A stretch of 62,509 nt of DNA, filler included, from Diploschistes diacapsis (GCA_023645945.1; 22 parts of 22 records of this genome joined end to end with filler, not necessarily neighbours in it), one strand, 5' to 3'. Counted from the first letter of the whole stretch, positions 24,878-39,439 are shown. Made by a program: numbers and translations. The notes: generated from the sequence alone by a model not told the origin.

Positions 24878-26255
24878 ATGGAGATGCAACTCTTCAGCCG
24901 GTCCCTAGGACTTACCCCACCAGCCATGTTTGTGCAATGGCACAGACAAAGGCTACTAGACTCACTGAGGGCTGCCCCAGAGGTGCGTTTCAACAGCAGC
25001 AGAGTTAGTACGAAGAATGCTAGCGGCGCAGAGGAGCCGGTCTGGGCGCATCGAGCGGGCGTGAATGCGCTGACCATTGACCGCTTTGAAGGACGATTGT
25101 ATGTCTTCCATACTCATCTGGTTTTTTTGTGGCTGACTTAATCATCCCAGTCTTCTTTCAGGCGGCGCCGATGCCTCGACCCACCTTTGGGACCTTACCG
25201 CTCCATCACTCTCGTCCCCGTCGAACCAGCCCATCTTCCACCCCCTCCTCACCACCCGGCGGGGCGCAGACTCCCACACCCACGGCATCACGGCGCTAAG
25301 TTTCTACGCCTTTGATTCTGGCGCATACCTCTCGTCCTCCTATGATCATACCCTCAAGATAGGCTCCACGCATACCCTCGAGCCCACGGCTTCTTTCCCG
25401 CTTGGTTCAGTCGTGCATGGCCACGCCATGTCTCCGATAGGCCACCACGTCATGGTCGCATGCGCCACACAATCCTCGATCGTCCGACTGGTAGACCTCA
25501 AATCAGGCGCTATGATACAAGGACTGCTCGGACACCAGGGCGATGTGCTGGGTGTGGCATGGAGTCCGCGAGACGAGTACATTCTCGCCAGCGCCGGGGC
25601 CGACGGCACAGTCAGGCTGTGGGATGTGCGTCGCAGTGCGGGGTGTCTGGGTATGTTGGACCTGGAAGATGAGGTTGGGCTGCTCGAGCGTGGAGGTGAG
25701 AAGATGTGGGGCAAGGCACATGTTGGACCGTGCAATGGACTTGCGTGGACGGACGATGGCGAGATGATCGTGACGGTGGGGCACGACGAGCGGATCAGGG
25801 TTTGGGAAGCGAGTACTGGGAGGAACACGCTTGTACATTTTGGAGCCGGGGTGAGGAATAAGAGGATGGCGGGAATGCAGCCTGTTGTTGTGCGGCAAGG
25901 GGGAAGGCAGCTGCTTTTTTGGCCGAATGAGAGGGATCTGGTTGTTGGAGATCTTGTGGAGGGAAGGATAGTGAAGAGGCTGAGGCCAACTGGCATGGCT
26001 GTTGCTCAGGGGCAGAGTGGGAAAAGAGCGGTCAGGGAGAGGATTACGGGCGTGGCTTGGAGAAGCTCGGGGTTTGGTGAAGCTTACTCGGGGCATGCTG
26101 ATGGGGTGCTCAGGGCTTGGATGCCGGATGATGCACCCGAGGAGGAAGAGGATGAGGAAGAGGATGAGGGATATATAGATGAGACCACAAGGAAGAGAAA
26201 AGCACTGAAGGAGCTTTATAGAGATTTGACAAAACAGAAAATTACATTTACTTAA
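24878..26255 (+). CDS. WD40 protein, CSA/ERCC8 (Rad28/Ckn1)-like; intron 25099-25150
   Basis: AHRAGVNALTIDRFEGR/FLLSGGAD, WSPRDEYILASAGADGTVRLWDVRR, AHVGPCNGL. Confidence 0.88.
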
Positions 26256-26543
26256 ACAGTGTGACAACTCACGCCCAGCCTAAACACACGTCCACTTCGG
26301 CCGTAATGCATCCTGCAGCATCTTCCTAGTCTCTCGCACAGATCCACGCAGCAATCCATGCCAGCATTGCTAGCAATTATTCATCCAGGATGGTAGAAAA
26401 GAGAGTCTTAACATAGCAGCTTCTTCAGTTGATTGTGACTGCAACGCGCAGGGTTGGTAAATTGGCTGATCCACAATACTACGCCCCTTTTCGCCCGTGC
26501 AATCGGTTCTCTATACTGAAATATGAGGGTTCATAACAGGCCA

Positions 26544-27674
26544 TCATACAATCATCTCTATATGTAGGCTGACCCAACCGTCCGCATACGCAGCACACCT
26601 TATCAACTCCTCTAGAACGGCCGCCATGGGCACGACCGCTCCATGCAGCACGGGGCGCGCCAGGACCGTTCGACGCCGACTGGGAAACAGAGCTGGTAAT
26701 ATCTGGTTCAGGGCTGTACCCAGCGTTTGCGCCTCCCTCGTACTAGGCAAAAAGGGGGGAATGAGCGGTTGGATGACCTTCAAATGGCCTGTGGTGGGCT
26801 TGGTTGAGGGTGACGCAGCAGCTTCATCGGGTTTGGCTGGTGTTAGCTTCGGTGAGCCTAGCTTCGGTGACGATGGTGCGGAGGGGCTAGCTGCTGGGCC
26901 GGTTGGAGATGTTGAGGAAGGTAGATAGACCCTGAGAGGGACATGCCGGAGCGAGGCCGTTAGGGGAAGGAGCTTGTTGTAGATGGGAGAAAAAGTGTGT
27001 AAATCGTCTATATTGGTTTAACTTGACCATCAACTCAGAGCAGGATATGCAGAATACGAACGTTTCACTACAGCGTCCCAGAGTGCCGTGGAGTCGTCCT
27101 TCGACAGCTTCATGATAGCATTACCAGTTCCGTTCCGTAGGAAGTCTGCTTCTTTGACACTGTTGATAAAGGCGTCATGGAAAGCTTTGCCTTCTTCGTC
27201 CAATTGCACCATCTGGTCCGACGGGAAAGCAGAATAGTGGACCATCAGTCTCCACGGCAAGGCGGTAGCGGAGCCGGAAGGGGCGGATGTGCTGGGAGCA
27301 TGACGACTCGAAGGTGGCAGAGCTGGGGAAGCACCGGAGAAGAGGTCATACAAGAGGCCTATTGGATGATGCCATTTCAGTGGCACTCCTTCGAACGAGA
27401 ACCATGCCGAGGAGGCAGAGACTGAGGGATAAATGAGATAAGGAGAGAAGAAGGCGTGCAGGTCGACTATTAGAAATGGGAGATAGGACAGTCTAGGAGC
27501 ATGAACCTGAAGAAGTGTCAGGCCATACAGAACAGACCCTGGCATAAAACTTACGTAGTATGGTATAGTATCATCATAAACCCGACAGTCTGTTGGCGAT
27601 AGTCGGATCTGCAATGGCAATGAACCCTTCCATACCGCTTCTTGCAATTGCCGGGTCGCTTGGATCGAGGACAT
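26544..27674 (-). CDS. ATG5: Autophagy protein Atg5; introns 27554-27507, 27061-27008
   Basis: VWKGSLP, PRLSYLP, PLKWHHPIGLLYD, FINSVKEADFLRNG, HVPLRVY, YADGWV. Confidence 0.95.
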
Positions 27675-27910
27675 CAGCCCAAAAGAGGCCAGAACCTATT
27701 TAGCGAGCATCGAGCATTCTAATCATCTAACAAGGAGCTCTCTTCTGAGGCCCGATACGCTACCCTGGGAACCTGAAGTTGATTGTTACCCTTTGCGGCA
27801 TTTTGCATGTGATTGGCTCGTCATCTGTAATTTTGCTGAAAGCAACCTTACTTTCGCATTGCATCTTCACCTTCCTTCTACTCGACCCTCCCAACTGCCT
27901 TATTCCAGCC

Positions 27911-28865
27911 ATGGCGCCATCGACAGTATCAATACCTCGATTCTTGTTACCACAACTAACGTGGAGGACTACCACCATGCTCAAGACCACGCTTCCACAC
28001 AATCTCCGTCCCTTTGCTCGGCCACAATACCTTGCTACGCAGACAAACCCACAGAGACAACAACGACCCATCACAGCCCAGCGCCCAAATTTTCTGCGCA
28101 AACGGCTCTCGCGCCTCTCGCCCCAGCAAGATCTAACCAAGACCGTCTTCGCCGCCCTAGTTTCCAGCAGCACCGGCAGCAGCAGCAACCGCCACCAAGC
28201 CCCTCAACGCACATCCTTCACGCCGCTCCACGCTCGGCGCTCCTTTCACACCACCCGACCCCTCGGTCGCGACCACCACTTCGACACCTTAAAATTCGTG
28301 CAGCGCCTCCGGGACGAGGGCTTTAGCGAGGAGCAAGCGACGGCGATGATGCGCGTGCTGTCCGACGTGATCGAGGAGTCGATCCAGAACCTGACGCGCA
28401 CCATGGTCCTGCGCGAGGACGCCGAGCGGGCGACGTACACGCAAAAGGTCGACTTCACGAAGCTGCGCTCCGAGCTATTGAGCGCGGACTCGGCCGAGAG
28501 CGCGCTGACGCGGGCCAGCCACGAGCGGCTGACGAACGACCTGGCGAAGCTGCAGAGCCGGCTGCGGGACGAGATCGGCCGGACGCAGGCCAGCGTGAAG
28601 CTGGACCTGAATCTGGAGAAGGGGAGGATCAGGGAGGAGGCGAACGTGCAGGATCTGAAGATCAAGGAGACGGAGGCCAGGATCGAGCAGGAGGTCGCGG
28701 GGTTGAGGGAAAGGGTGGAGGGGGTCAAGTTCAGTACGCTGCAGTGGTTGATGTGAGTACTTGCGGGGTTTTGACTCTTTGCGGTCGCTCTGGCTAATTA
28801 TCTTCAGGGGTGTCTGCACGGGCACTGCTGCTATCATTCTTGGTGCCTGGCGGTTGTTGATGTAG
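27911..28865 (+). CDS. Mitochondrial DUF1640/CCDC90 (MCUR1, Fmp32/Put6/Put7-like) coiled-coil protein; intron 28753-28807
   Basis: Arg-rich presequence; HHFDTLKFVQRLRDEGFSEEQA; KLDLNLEKGRIREE; C-terminal TM QWLMGVCTG. Confidence 0.9.
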
Positions 28866-29119
28866 GGAGTACTTCGACGGACAGGACCGAGGGTGACTGA
28901 GGTATGATTAACGTCAGTAGTACTCCGATTATGTTTTCCAAAGATCGGACGTTCTATTCTAGCGCATCGTATAGCTTTTTAGCACACTAGCAAATCCTCA
29001 CCATCTACTAACGGCCCAAATTTTTTTTTCCATCCCATGGCCAGTGCAACCATACAGAAGCGGAAAAACGCTCCCAAATATGACCCCTCTTCCATCTCCC
29101 AAAAATCAACCGTCCGACA

Positions 29120-30027
29120 TCAAAGATCAAACATCTCCCTCAACTGCGCCATCGTATCCGCCGGACCGTCCACCTTATGCCCCACCGTCCTGCTATCGGA
29201 ATAAATCTCCCAATCGTTCCCGCCCTCGTAGGCCTTGTCGCCGAAGAAATGTATGGTGGAGAAGACGACGCCGGTGCGGTCCTTCTCGGCCTCGACGTGC
29301 CTCAAGCAGTACGTCTTATCCCAGCCGTGCGGGAAGACGTCGAAGGAGATCTGGCCGCCGATGCTGAACTTGAGGCCGAGGTCGGGAAAGGCGCTTTCGA
29401 GCCGGCGGACCATCTCGCGCCTGACGCCGTGCGCGGCGTCGTACCGCTGGAAGGCGTCGCGCTCCTCCTGCGACGCGTTCCTGCCGACGGGCGAGACGTT
29501 GATCATGCCGTTGCGGAACTCGACGAAGGTGCCGCGCTTGATGGGGATGTCCAGCCGCGCGACGTAGACCAGGATCCAGTTCACCAGCTCCTTGTACCTG
29601 GCCTCGCCCAGCCACTCGATGAACGAGCTGCCGGCCAGCGGCGCGCCCATCCGGAACGCCGTCAGCCCGTTCTCCGCGAAGCAGAAGTCGAACTGCGACG
29701 CCACGGGCTGCGACGCCGTGCCCAGCTGCTCCTCCTGCTTGCGGAAGTCGGAGCCGCCGACGTAGCCGATCGCGACCTTGCGGCGGAGCGCGGAGAGGAG
29801 GGACAGCATTTCGGGGGAGGCGTGCTAGTGGCGAAGGAGGCCCCGGGGGGGAGGGGTTTTGCGTTAGCTGTGGGTAGGTGGCTTATGCTGCTCGCGTGTA
29901 GGGATGTGGAATGGGGGGAACCTACTCTTCGTGCCGGTGTCAGCGTCTCGTCGACATCAAAGAGGCAGATCGTGTTCTTGATGGGGCGGGCCTCGAGGGG
30001 TGGGATCACGGCGCCGGCTTCGGCCAT
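29120..30027 (-). CDS. SEC53: Phosphomannomutase; intron 29925-29825
   Basis: [52 protein letters not shown]...GGND. Confidence 0.96.
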
Positions 30028-30580
30028 TTGTGCGGCGAGCTTGGTGGAAAGTTTTGCCGAGAATGGGGGGGAAGAAATGGGGCAGGGAGGGGAGAGAACA
30101 GGTAGGTAGGACTTGAACAACTAGAACAAAACAGCGCAAATGCACCGGATCGATATTGTTAAGGGGGCAGAAAGAGCGGTATAGGCTGTATACAAATTTG
30201 TAGGACCATTCTTTGTCTGCCTGCCACAGGAGGGAGAAACCCCACGTGGGGCATCCTTGGAGATCCCCCTTGCCGTAAGGCTGCTAGCCTAAATATTTTC
30301 CTGCTGTCACATCTACAAGATTAAAAGTAGACTACTCTAAGTAATGACTAACTCAAAGTGCACTTTCAGAATAGTATCTTCGTGAACAAGTAATAATATC
30401 ATATCTTACAGAGCTGCTGCAACGGTTTTGGGAAGAGCCGGTAGGTTAGATACAAGTAAACAGCAACTGGTGCAACCTGGACTCCCCTCACTCACCCCAA
30501 CCTTCCACCCCTAGATGGCCAAACCACCGAAGACTCAAACCACTGCCATTAGATATGACCTTGCACTGTTGCCGAGCCGC

Positions 30581-33500
30581 CTAGAATCCACGGAATCCTG
30601 TTGGTTGAGGAGTGAAGCCGTTGGTCTGCTGGTATGGCATCGGCGCAGGCGCATTGCCTCCAGGGCCTTGCGTCAGCATGAGTCTCGATCCGCCTAGGAT
30701 AGGGGTGTTGTCCTCCTCCTTCTGAGTCATGACTTCGCGAGCCTTGCGTTCCTCGTTGTCCTTGCGAAGTTGATCAACCGTAGCCGTCAGTTCCCTCGTG
30801 TAGTTGATGAAGAACGGCATCGAGAAGTCTTGGAGACCGTGGCGCCAAGCAACTTCCATAACGACATGGAGGGGAATAAGGTCGTAACAAGCATAAAGCA
30901 TTCCAACAAAGCACTCACGGCTACCAATATCGATAAACTACAAAAGCGTTAGAGATTGCCTGAAAATGCAGCAGTAAGTAACTTACGTATCTGAGCAGAT
31001 CTTCCACGACCTCGCTCTTGCCTGAGATGGCGGCAGTTTCGATAGCGTCCTTGTAGAGTTTGTCCTGTTTCGACAGCGCGATCGACTTCTCCCAGCGCTT
31101 GTTTTTGCGGTAGATGTTCGAGGCGATTTGTCGGAAGAACACGAGGTCGTGGTTCTCGAGACGTTGAGCCAGTTCGACCGCATCGTAGTTGTCGTAGTTC
31201 TCGACCGAATCCCTGAGCGTCTTGTAGTCCTCTTCTTCGATCAGAAGATCGTTGATGGCGTTGTTCACGGCGCGCTTGTTCTGTGTCTGCACGTTGAGCA
31301 AAAAGGGTTTGATCAGGGGGATGTTGTCGGACTTCTCGAACAAACGGACGACGCGGTTGACGTCGATGCGCGGCGTCAACGCTTGAAGCAGATCCGTTAT
31401 GCTCGAGGGCTGCTGCTCGAGGTAGAAGTTCAGAGCACGGTAGTAGATCTCGAGGTTGGCAACTTTGACGATTATCTCCTTGAACGAGTGGTGTTCCCAA
31501 GCGTCTGCGGCGCGCTCCATCATCGATAGAGCCGCGTTGTCCCACTCGTCGTAGTGGGTGTAGAGAAAAATGAGTTCGGGCCAGAGCGCTGCGTCCTCGC
31601 ATGCCTTGAGCATCTTCGGGATGTTGATGCGGGACCAGAAGAGCTTCAGGTGCTCCATCACGCGCTCGGGATGGTACTTGGACAGAGCGATGCCGAGTTC
31701 CGTGAACATGCCCATGTGTGCGCGTTCCAGGCCCAGACCGGCTTCGAGGAGAGCGATGAGCTCATCAAAGTAGCCGTTGCGCTCGTATTGGCGGACGAGT
31801 TCCTGCAACTCCTCTGCGTGTACGATGAGGTTGAGACCGCAAATCTGAGCAAGCCGGAATTCCTTCTTCTCGACGCATGCCTCGTTGACTTGTTTCCAGA
31901 CCTTGACGCTGTTGGCCTTGCGAGCACATTCCACCGCGGCCTGATAATCCTCCAAATGCACGAGAGTCGTGGCGAGTTTTGCCCAATTTGAAATGCTGGA
32001 GTAAAAGATCTTGGCGGCCTGGTGGTAGCCCTCCTCGTACGCCTTATCGCCGGATGCCTCGATGTCCGCGACGTTGGGAGACTGAAGGAAGTTCTCCAGT
32101 TCCGGCAGTTGATTGGTCCGTGCAAACGCAAACGCAAGGGCAGTGTCGATGGGTGGCTCGCGCTGCGTCTTGCGTGCCATGCGAAGGAACTTGATCAGAT
32201 CCTCGTCTTTGCCGGCCGAGGTCGCCAACTCGATGACCTCGGCATAGTTGCTGGCGTCTTGAGCACGTATGTAAGAATCGATCGAGTCGGTGACGCGGAG
32301 GCCACCGAGCTGAGCCTTGGCGACCATGCTCCAGACTTCCGGCAGGTCCACTCGCTCGGCATATTCGTGTGCGCGATCGATGGCCACTATATGCGTGACC
32401 AGGACGTCCGTGGCCGCCGTGTGGTTGTTCTCCTTCTTGTAGATCTCGAACGCTTCTTCAAGGAGCCCGACGGAGATGCATGTGCTGGCAATCTCCTCGG
32501 CATTGTAAGCGTTCAGCTGGTGGATGTAGTCCATGAGACGGCCCTTGTCGGCCTTGGCGGCAGTGAACATGAGCAGGTTCTGAAGGTTGCCGTTGTCGCT
32601 GAACGGCGAAGGTTCGAGGATGATCTTCTCGAGCAGATCGATGAGTTCGGCCGGAAGATCGGCGTCCAAGAAAGCCTTGACGGCAACGGAGACCTTCTCG
32701 GGCTCGGAAGCCTCTGGTACGGCGGTGGACGTTACTTGATCGATCATGGAGCGGCGGTGGATGTTGTTGTCCTTGAGGACGAAAGACCAGATCTCGGGGT
32801 CGGCACGGTCGAGGAGGTAACGAGCTTGCTGCTTGTACATGGAGTTCTCGTTCGTGACGTTGATGAGCTCGAGATCGTTCTGACCCTTGCGATAGGCGAC
32901 GTATGCCAGACTTGGATCGCGCTTCTCGCAGTATTTACCGACGACGAGGGTGTCGTACAGATCGTTCTCCTTCAGAAACTTCTCGGGGTTGTTGTTGCTG
33001 TCAATGTAGATCTTGGCCAGCGCATTGTAGACGGCTTGTTGTTGGTTGCCGCTCGCCAGAGTGGCTTCCAGGAAGGGCAATAGGAGCTTCAGCCGGTTGC
33101 GACTTTCTACTTCCGAGACGAGCTCGTCGATCGGTATCGAGGCCGGGTTGACCGACTGCAGAAGGTCCTTGATGATCTTTTCGTCGCAGTCCACGTCGAG
33201 AAGACCACCGATGACCGCAGGTGTCCTGCCCGGATTGACCTGCTGCACATACACTTCGATGGACTTGAATTGCTGATTCTGGTAGAGGTAGAGAACGAGA
33301 TCGTGGATGAAGTTGAAACGGTCGCAGACGACGATGAGTGGAAGCTGCTCGGTCAGGCGAGCTTCTTTCAGGAAATTCTTGACCTTTTCGGGATTGTAAA
33401 AATTGCTGTCGCGGCAAATGCGCTGTACTTCGGTGAACTGGCCCATCTTGGTAGCCGCCTCAATATACTTGAAGTGCACGTCGGGATCCTCGCTCAAGTT

Positions 33501-35884
33501 AACGATACTGCCAAGATAGTAGTAGAGGCCCTCCGCCGTCCGATACTTTTCGAAAAGTTCGATCAAGCGGGTCGAGCCAAGGAGATCGGAGTATTTCGTA
33601 GCAATCTGAACCACTGCAGAAAGATTCTGGCGAATGTTGACCTTCATCATTTCGTCCAAGCAGTCCAGAGATTGCTCGAGCGAGAGCTTGCCAAAGAAGT
33701 TGACGAGCCATTCCTGGTTGAACTTGTCCGTTCTGACAATGTTGCGCTTGATGACAGCAGGGTCCTCCGTGTTCTCGAGTGCCCGCTGAAAGAGTTGAGC
33801 ATTTTCGCAAAGCTGTGCGATCCTCGGTTTGTCGTAGTAAGAAAACATCTCGTTTCCCAAAATGGCGTCTGCAACCTGAGGTGCATTCACAAGGTTCATT
33901 TCCAGCACCCGGGTCTGCAGGTGTGCCTGTTCCGGGTGGTTGTCTTTGAGAACTTCTAGCAAGAAAGAAGTAGCTTGCTGGATCATGTTTTGAGATTGGA
34001 AGACGTCCACAACTCGGTCAGCGTCGATGAGGGGGCCACCTTCGTTCGTTGCCAAAGACGTAGCGAATTCAGAGCCGCGTTCCGGGTTGACGCGGATGAT
34101 ATGCTGGAGGAGAGAAACGTAGTCTGGTTGGTAGCCGCTCTGCTGAGCATACGGCAGAATCTTGTCAAACTGTCCGGTCTCGGCAAAGCCGGCCACAACC
34201 TTCTGTGCCACGTTCGCACGTAGGTAGATGGTGAGTGCTAGCTGCATATCATGCGGCCTGACAGTGTCACCGAGCTCTTCAGAGCACTCGAGCTTGTTCT
34301 CGTTGAGCCATTTCTCAAGCAGGTGCTTTCGGTTCTGGGCCAGAACAGGGCGTACTAGCTCCAAGCTTTCGTTAGCATTCAGAGCGCCCTTATCCAAGAG
34401 CATGCCGAAATACTGCAGAATGATGGACAGTCCCTGAGAAGGTTGCGGTGCACGCTTGAAACGTTCGATCGTGGTAATAGTGCGCAGAAACCCTCGCGGA
34501 GAATTGGCAGCTATCTTTGCGGCTTCGACCCAGTCGCCTTGGTTGCACAAATTCTCGAACTGCTGCTCATAGAGGTTGTCGGCCCCAGCAAGACCGGCGC
34601 GAGATGCAAGATTGACGGCCAGCGAAGAGTTTGCTGGGTTCTGCAACAAGTACGGTATGATGTTTGCCTCGTCGACATTCACCGAGAGAACCTGACCCTT
34701 GCGGTTGATGCCGACGATACCAGCAGCCTCGGAGTCTGCGCACGTGGTGAAGATGGTCTCGCTTGAGATGCGGTTCATGAACAGGCAGGTTGCGGTCTCG
34801 AGGTCGTACAGATGGATGAAACCATACTTGGTGACGAGGTAGATGATGTTGTACTTTTGCGAGACCTGCATGGAGACGGGAAAGTCGTTGGTCGCTTCCG
34901 GAGGGAAGTAGACATCGACAGCCTTCTTGGTGAACTGAGGGTTGCCCTGTTGGTGATCGATTTCCACGACGTGTAGCTTCGCTCCGGAAGCTGTTCGTAC
35001 GGCAAAAGTGAAGACTCTCGTGTCTGCCGGTGCTCCCTCTAGGTGCAGTGTGCCAAAAGCGGCCGCATGACCTTCGATCGACTGGCTGATCCCCCTATCT
35101 CTTGAGTACAGCTGCATCTGCCCAGCTACCCGGCCTTGCTGCTGCTGAATACCCACAACGACCATCCATTTGTCGTCCTCGTTGAGCCGGTAGTTGATGA
35201 TTTGGGAGCCCTAGCAAGTCAATTGAGGAGATCCAATTGTATCATCAAAACTTACCGCCAGGTTGGGATTACGGTCAAACATCTTCTGTGGCTGTTGCTG
35301 GGCTGGATCGAATACATTCCAGTGATAAATCCCAGTATCAGTGACCAAGCCTAGCGTGTCCACACTGACCCATTTCCAAAAGGCAATGTCCTCGTGGAAT
35401 TGTGTAGACTTGATCTTCTGCCTTTGACCGAGGTCGAAGATCTGTAGTGTTCTTCCTTGTGCCTTCAACGCAATGACGTTTCTATGCCAGTGCATGATGG
35501 CACTGTCCGCCTTGATCGGCCTGCGAACGACCTCATTGTTGTTCTTGAGGTTGATGATGTACACTTCAGGCTGCGCGTTGGGGTCGTCGCTCGACTTCTG
35601 TCGCACGCAGACATAGTTGTCGGATTCAAGAGTCTGTCACCCGTGAGATGCTTGTTAGATGAAACATAGAGAGGAAATGCTTACACATGAATTGAATCCA
35701 ATGGAGGCTTGCTGTAGGTGGATTAGTTCTAGAGCAAGCTATCAGTTCCATGAAGAGCCTACCGTTATGCCAACATTTTGAAGCTGGCAACCATAGAATC
35801 AGCTACCGGACAATATATGAGTAGTTTTCAGCAACTTACTTGCAGCGTTTCGAAGAATCGTATGGGCAAGGCGCCGTTGGCCAT
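30581..35884 (-). CDS. CHC1: Clathrin heavy chain, multi-exon (several short 5' exons; long exon about 35210-30986; last exon ends at 30581)
   Basis: TLESDNYVCVR, RRPIKADSAIMH, GQMQLYS, LGLERAHMGMFTEL, 1414-aa ORF. Confidence 0.98.
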
Positions 35885-36599
35885 GATGGTAATTTAACTT
35901 GTTGCGCGCATATACGCCTTGGAAGAAATCTGCTTAAGAAGTAGACGTGGTTACAAGGCTTGTAGGCACGCAAAGGAGGGAACGAAGATTAAAAGATTAA
36001 AGTAGAGGGGAAACAAGGCCTCGCCGACAGAGAACAAGGTCAAGAAGGGAACGTTGAAGTTTGTTAAGACGCTGGTGGATTAATAGAAGTTTGCAAGTAC
36101 AGGACCGGCGAACATTCTGTATTCACCCTGAACTTGGGCACGTTAAGCTGATGATTCTGCCAAGCATTAGAGGTTTTTTGGTACCATCAGCCCTATCCGA
36201 CCTTAACTTCTGCAATCTGTTCTGTTGCTGCGGTGCCAGTCTCGGCCATTCCCTTCGTTCTGGTCTCTATGGGGGTCGCTCTTATAGTTATTGTACAGAG
36301 ATCTACTGCTCGGGAATGCTTCATAGGCTGTGTTGGGACACTGCATGAGAGACCCAGGAGCGCTTTATGCTCGTTTAGGAACTGAAACTACACAAGCGAA
36401 GCGTACTTAGGAGCATTTTTTTGGCTATAGCTCGGCGAGAACACACAACCACCACCCGCTCAGAAGCAGAGCAGCTTCCTCTTCTCCCCGCCCTTCCTCN
36501 NNNNNNNNNNNNNNNNNNNNNNNNNNNNNNNNNNNNNNNNNNNTTAATTAATTAANNNNNNNNNNNNNNNNNNNNNNNNNNNNNNNNNNNNNNNNNNNN

Positions 36600-38226
36600 A
36601 ACTATATCTCTAAACTTATTTATTACGATAGAAAGACGTATCCGGAATGTTTAACGACTATAATAAATTCGTAACATAAATCCGAGTAACTTTCGATATT
36701 ATTAACGATCGGAAATAAGCGATTCGAGTTATTAAAATAATTAATTAAAAAAGATCGGTTTTAAGATATACCGCAGAGTTTTAAAAATACTTTTAAAAAA
36801 TTAGATAAAATGATAATATCCTAATAAAAATATACAATGACGGCCTTAAAAAATTAATCAAAAATAAATTTATACGTAATTAAAATAAGATTAAGAATCT
36901 ATCGATATTTTAAATTTATTCAATCGCCATAAATAATCGACTTTTTAATCGGGATTAGTGTTGAGCAGACAGGCAGAAGGCATGGCTGGGAGTACGACTG
37001 AGTTCCAGAGGGAAGTTCAGTTCAGCTGAACCTCCTGGAATCCCAACTAGACCGGTTTAGGAATAGTGTAGGTAGTAGAACTTAGCGTATCCCACAAGGA
37101 TAAAAATCTGCAAAGTAGGATAACCTCCTAGATAGATACTCTAGACTTCAATATATCAATTACGTTGCCAAACAATTAGGAACGTCGCTTTAAACTGAAT
37201 AAAACTATTAAACCAGGATTTCGTTATCGAATTAATTATATAAAAAACACATAACATATAAAATACATAAACAACGACGACGTCATAAATCTCGACGTTT
37301 TAATTAACAAACCCCGTCCCAATCAGAAGAAAAGGGTAAAGGGATTTAAAGTGGGATTTTCGGCCGATGATAAGAAATGCTTCGAATGTGACAAGATGAA
37401 TTACTTCGCTCGAAATTATAGATCAAAAAATAAGGTCATTAGGGGAGATATTTTAGCTACCATAAATCAACATCTCAATGCAATTAATAAATACCCTATA
37501 AAGGATTTGCTAATAAACGGGCAACCCTAGAAAGAAATTACAATAAAATCGGACATCATAGTCTAACAAGGCGATACCGACGAATCTATTAATAAAAAAT
37601 AGCGAAACCACGTTTTCACCGATAATAACATCACTGACAAAACAGATTTCGAAAAGTAACGATATTCTAAACAACGATATAACGAAATATAGAAAAACTA
37701 TAAAATAATTACTTTTTTTTACTTAGACATACTATCCAATCTCTAATATCAAAGTAAATATTCGAGAACTTTTAAACAATAATTTAAATAAAAACGCATC
37801 GTACGAATTCCGCATTAATAATCGCGTCATCGGCAAACAAGAATACTTTAAAAAAATACTTATTATTAACGGCCGAAAACACCCCGACCACGAACAATTA
37901 ACCGAATATACAGACTTCGAATATAATTATACAAAATATAAAGATAAAAAATATATCCTTTACGAAAAATTAATTATCGACGTAACGTTTAAACGATACT
38001 GCGGACGCGTTTTACTTAATATACAATATCAAAATTATAGCTTCATATACGACGGCATTAATAAAAATTATAAGCATCATTTATATAATAACGAACGTAA
38101 ATTAAAAAAACCATTATCTACAATATTATTAAAAGAAAAAATCGTTATATCAAAAATTTATTTCGCTTATTAAACGTATATACACGGAAAATACGGACAT
38201 CCGTTATACTTAATATACACGAATCT
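36600..38226 (+). mobile_element. Gypsy gag relic with RIP-damaged CCHC knuckle, interrupted by a solo LTR
   Basis: KKCFECDKMNYFARNYRS near 37372-37425 (H and C changed to Y by transitions). Confidence 0.7.
36959..37174 (+). repeat. Solo LTR (Copia family 2) with 5-bp TSD ATTAG
   Basis: TGTT...AACA, flanked on both sides by ATTAG. Confidence 0.9.
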
Positions 38227-39439
38227 TGTAACAGCGGGGGTAGTGCCTAATAGGGTAGCGCTATCCCACTGAGCCAAAAGACTAACACAATGCTTTCAGG
38301 AACCCCGAAGCACTGTTTCCCTATTACACTATATGTAGGTGCGTGGCTGTGGCAGCAGGGGGACNNNNNNNNNNNNNNNNNNNNNNNNNNNNNNNNNNNN
38401 NNNNNNNNTTAATTAATTAANNNNNNNNNNNNNNNNNNNNNNNNNNNNNNNNNNNNNNNNNNNNGAAATAACGAATATAAATTGATCCCGAGTAATAACT
38501 AGGGATGTTTATAAAAGTAAATATATTAGAATTTAGAAGAATTATAATAAAGATTCTTATATAATTAATAGTTTTCGCCGGAAGTAGATAAATAGATGAA
38601 CAGAATTATCGTTCTTTCTTTTTATTTATAATAGAATAGATGACTTTTTGAGGCCTTCTACTCATCACGTGACCCGTGTCACCATAATTGGTCTATATAT
38701 AAGGAATGGCTGGGAAGCGCTGTTGCATGCCAAGTGCGATACTTGGATCGTAACAACTGCGAAAGGTTAATAAAGAATTTAATTAAACGTTACGAGCCGT
38801 TTTAGAACTAGTCAGTTCGATTCGACGTTATTCGAATCGAGTAACCCGTATGCTTAAATCGACGTATATTAAGTTTATAACGCTTCGTAAAGAAAACCGA
38901 GAGTAAAAAACGCTGCTTAATAAACGTCAAAAACGTAAATCAGATAAACGAATCGAATTAAAAGATCGTTTTATATTTAATATAAACGAAATTCTTAAAA
39001 TAACAGCTCGAGTTAAATCGAGTCAAATAGTTTCGAAACGACCTACAACGCGTAAAAAACGTTATCGTATTTCTAAAATCGAGAAAGATAAAAAAGAAAA
39101 CGATAGATTCGATTTAGATCGATTAGATTCTAATTACGACGAACAGGTTATATCTAAAAACCGTAGAATGTTAGCGGTAATGATTTAAAGTGGCCGGACT
39201 CTGGGGGTGGCCGGACTCACCGTCAAACACGTTATAAATAAAAAATCTCGATTCGAAAAGTTATAGAAGAAACTATTTAAATGAGAAGAGGGCACCGTTA
39301 AGTAATGTGGGTGCCAGCCTACCGGGGTTCGGGGACTACCCATCTACACAGCCACCCCCTGACCCTGCCGTGTCTTGGCAAGCACCTGGGCATTGACCCT
39401 GCCGTGGCTTGGCAGGCCCCTGGGCTGGGCTGTCTCACA

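Noticed and set aside
29940..29965. PMM motif DVDETL instead of DVDGTL as an inactivating change
   Set aside because: Both catalytic Asp residues and all other motifs are intact; treated as a tolerated variant.
31128..34766. Long plus-strand ORFs opposite CHC1 (similar ones opposite SEC53, the Erg26-like gene and the BRCT gene)
   Set aside because: Antisense shadows of real genes, favoured by codon bias.
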